DNA of 64,000 bases from Dipteris shenzhenensis (Eukaryota), in NCBI GenBank assembly GCA_047967505.1, contig CM106538.1; one strand, 5' to 3'. Of this stretch, positions 61,835 to 64,000 are shown one piece after another (the stretch's first letter is position 1; each line of letters begins with the position of its first letter). Both the position numbers and the translations under genes were made by a program. The notes under the pieces are model-generated. The model ran no database searches. It was not told the origin of the DNA and saw only the letters and a list, made by a program, of their open reading frames with translations.

Positions 61835-62427
61835 ACTGATGTATGGCTAATTATGTGAATTTTAGACTATTATGTAGATACTCTAAATAATCGGAGTTGC
61901 TTCTTGTACTCCTTGGGAGCTCCCATGCGCCCTGTCCCATACACCCATTGGTCTCCCGTGGACTCTCTCTCTCTCTCTCTCTCTCTCTTAGCTCCTCACT
62001 CCGTCACTCAGCCTCGCTCCCAGCACGTTTTCATTCCCCTTGCTCAGCTTTTAGCCTCCCGTTCAGGTCCCCCCATGTTCTGCCAGGTCCTCTAAACAAA
62101 GCAAGGCCACCGCTCAGGTCATCATCGTCTCACCAGAGCTCTCTCAGCCCCTTCTTTTCACTCAGGCCTCTCCTGTCCGAACTGGTAGCAGGCTCCCACG
62201 CGAGTGGAGGGACTGCGAGCGGGCTGAAACCCCCCAGCCCATCTCAGCGGGGATTAACTTGCAGGAGAGGGGTCTTTCGAATGTGCATAGGCCAACATGG
62301 AGACTCCCAAGGTGCCCAAGCCAAGGCTTGCAACCCCGCCACCCCCGTGAAGCCCTTGAAGCCCATGTATTCATTTGTTGCAGGTTTTACCCCAACTCCC
62401 ATCTCATATGCGAAAACCTATCACACG

Positions 62428-62995
62428 ATGAAGCCCCCCGATCCACAAGAGCGTATCTATCACCTTGAACTTGAAGTCTGCAAACTCAAACTTCAGCTTG
62501 GGCCATGATATGGAGGGGAATGGAAAGCAAGAGGTCATCAAGGAGGTGCTACAATGGGGAAATGCATCTCCCCCAACATCAAAAGTGAACAAAGTTGATC
62601 TATACAGGGAAGTGAAAGAGCAGCAAACCAGAGAAGACAACAAGCAGATCTTGCATGGGGGGGGGGGGGGTACCAGAAGGTTGCCTTGATACAAAGGAGT
62701 TCATAGAAGATAAGATCCATTGCCTAAAAGAGAAGATACCACAAGTGGAATGGGATCCAGATGCTATCTGGAATATTGAGCCGAGGGGAACACAAATACG
62801 AATCACTCTCAGTGACAAGGCAGCCAAGACCAAGATTCTCCAAGAAACACACAAGCTCAAGAGGACGAAGATATGGATATCTGAGGAACTCACTCCGACA
62901 CAAAAGCCAGGAAAGCAGGAAAGTGGGCAGTCTACCAAGATGGGATTGCACTAACTAGAGATCTCGTATCTAAACCTAAAGACCCTCGGTCTTAA
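62428..62995 (+). pseudogene. LINE ORF1-like protein, second divergent copy, disrupted
   Basis: MKPPDPQERIYHLELEVCKLKLQL...EQQTREDN...GGVPEG...KILQETHKLKRTKIWISEELT...ARKAGKWAVY; G-run frameshift at 62657-62670. Confidence 0.65.
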
Positions 62996-63611
62996 TCCGA
63001 TGTAATTAAGGCCATTTTTGATACAGTACTAGGACTTACACGCGTCCTAAATAATCTCAAGCTGAGTTGCCATGTCCACTCCTCGAATCTCTAAGTCTCA
63101 GAGATGCAGTAGTGACTCTTTTTGGTGTGTACTCTGTCTCATAGTCCCGTGAGGGCTTCTGAAGCTGTTAATATATCATTCTTTTTTTTATTTCTCTCTC
63201 TCTCTCTCTATGCTCCTCCTCTATACCTGTCCCATCTCATCTCCTAAAGGCACATATTAGGGTCAATAAGGCTTAACAAGGTACCCCTCTCTTGTGCTTT
63301 TTTTTGATAATTCGAATACTACTTCTCACTCTCCCTCAATCAAGCTGCTGCGCATGTACAGTGGCTCTAATAAAGCACCAAACCCAAAGATACACTTCAA
63401 TGCAGCTTCCAAAATCATGCGAACTGCGAAAACTGTCCGTGACAGTCGATAACTCCCTATCTGTCAAGCCTCAGCCAAGGTAACGTTCTGATTCTTCCAA
63501 AATCCTTCTGGTTCCAAAACTCTGCGGCGTCTGCGCCATCGCTCAAGGCTATAGATTAAAGGATTGACAACCGGATTTGTGCCGTGCGCTGTCTCTCAAA
63601 GTCACCAACTT

Positions 63612-64000
63612 AGCTGCTGCTCCTCCCCGTGAGCTACTGCCCCCCCCTCTCCCTCTCTCAGCCAGCCCCCTCTCCCTCGCTGCCTCCCCTCTCCCCCCTT
63701 CGCTGCTCCTCCTCTCCCTCCCCTCTCGCCAGCCCCCTCTCCCTCCTCCCTCACCCTCCCTCTCCCCTTCCTCCTCCCCGCCCTCCCTCTCCCCCCCCGC
63801 TGCGCCCTACCTCTCCCTCTCTGCTGCCCCTACCTCTCCCTCCCCGCCCTACCTCTCCCCCACCCGTCAGCCCCCCCCTGCCCCCCGCCCCCTCCCCCGT
63901 CATCCCTCTCCCCCCCCGCTGCCCCCCTCCCTGCTGCCCCCTTCTCCTCCGCCCTTCCTCTCCCCCGCCAGCCCCCCCGCCCCTTTCTCCTCCCCCGCCC
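63612..64000 (+). mobile_element. 5' end of a third family A LINE, running off the window
   Basis: AGCTGCTGCTCCTCCCCG at 63612-63629 followed by the same kind of C-rich tract as at 15 and 19986. Confidence 0.8.

Larger units (their letters stand above)
60405..63209 (+). mobile_element. Tandem cluster of three ORF1-only retroposon-like units (60405-60705 partial; 60706-61989; 61990-63209), each ending in (CT)n
   Basis: Shared C-terminus (G)KWA(I/V)Y.(E/D)G.A....F/L.SKPKD and shared tail GTC(C/T)CATA-hairpin-(CT)n. Confidence 0.75.

Noticed and set aside
63298-63611. Possible minus-strand LINE 3' end with A tail
   Set aside because: No diagnostic protein motif; too short to support a call.
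1-64000. Whole window as one unit of a segmental tandem repeat, since a family A start lies at both ends
   Set aside because: The sequences preceding positions 15 and 63612 differ and the C-rich tracts are not identical; independent insertions are simpler.

Overview
Eukaryotic DNA made almost entirely of nested transposable elements. It is plant-like (DUF4283-type L1 ORF1s, chromoviruses with tRNA-iMet PBS, an intron-containing DUF659 hAT); a fern or other seed-free plant is a guess. No host gene, RNA gene or CRISPR array was recognised. Contents: (i) L1-clade LINE 'family A', with one apparently intact copy (19976-26623, 15-bp TSD), a decayed full-length copy (15-6457), the start of a third copy (63612-end) and three 5'-truncated relatives; (ii) L1-clade 'family B', whose 3' tails are all followed by (GT)n and which forms head-to-tail stacks (13820-19165, 26745-39700); (iii) a young full-length Ty3/gypsy chromovirus (44801-51654; 462-bp LTRs, 5-bp TSD) inside an older gypsy, plus a third gypsy, a copia RNase H remnant and an LTR element with an unrecognised ORF; (iv) a hAT transposon remnant; (v) a 3' fragment of an RTE/RTEX-like LINE (8340-9185). 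The most novel-looking observations are three. First, a tandem cluster at 60405-63209 of ~1.2-1.3 kb elements encoding only an ORF1-like protein and sharing their 3' stem-loop tail with the RTE-like LINE (candidate non-autonomous 'half-LINE'). Second, apparent (GT)n targeting by family B. Third, dense CCGTAC (SBP/SPL-box-like) arrays, including an identical 19-bp dyad, in promoter regions of unrelated TE classes. All alignments and counts were made by eye.
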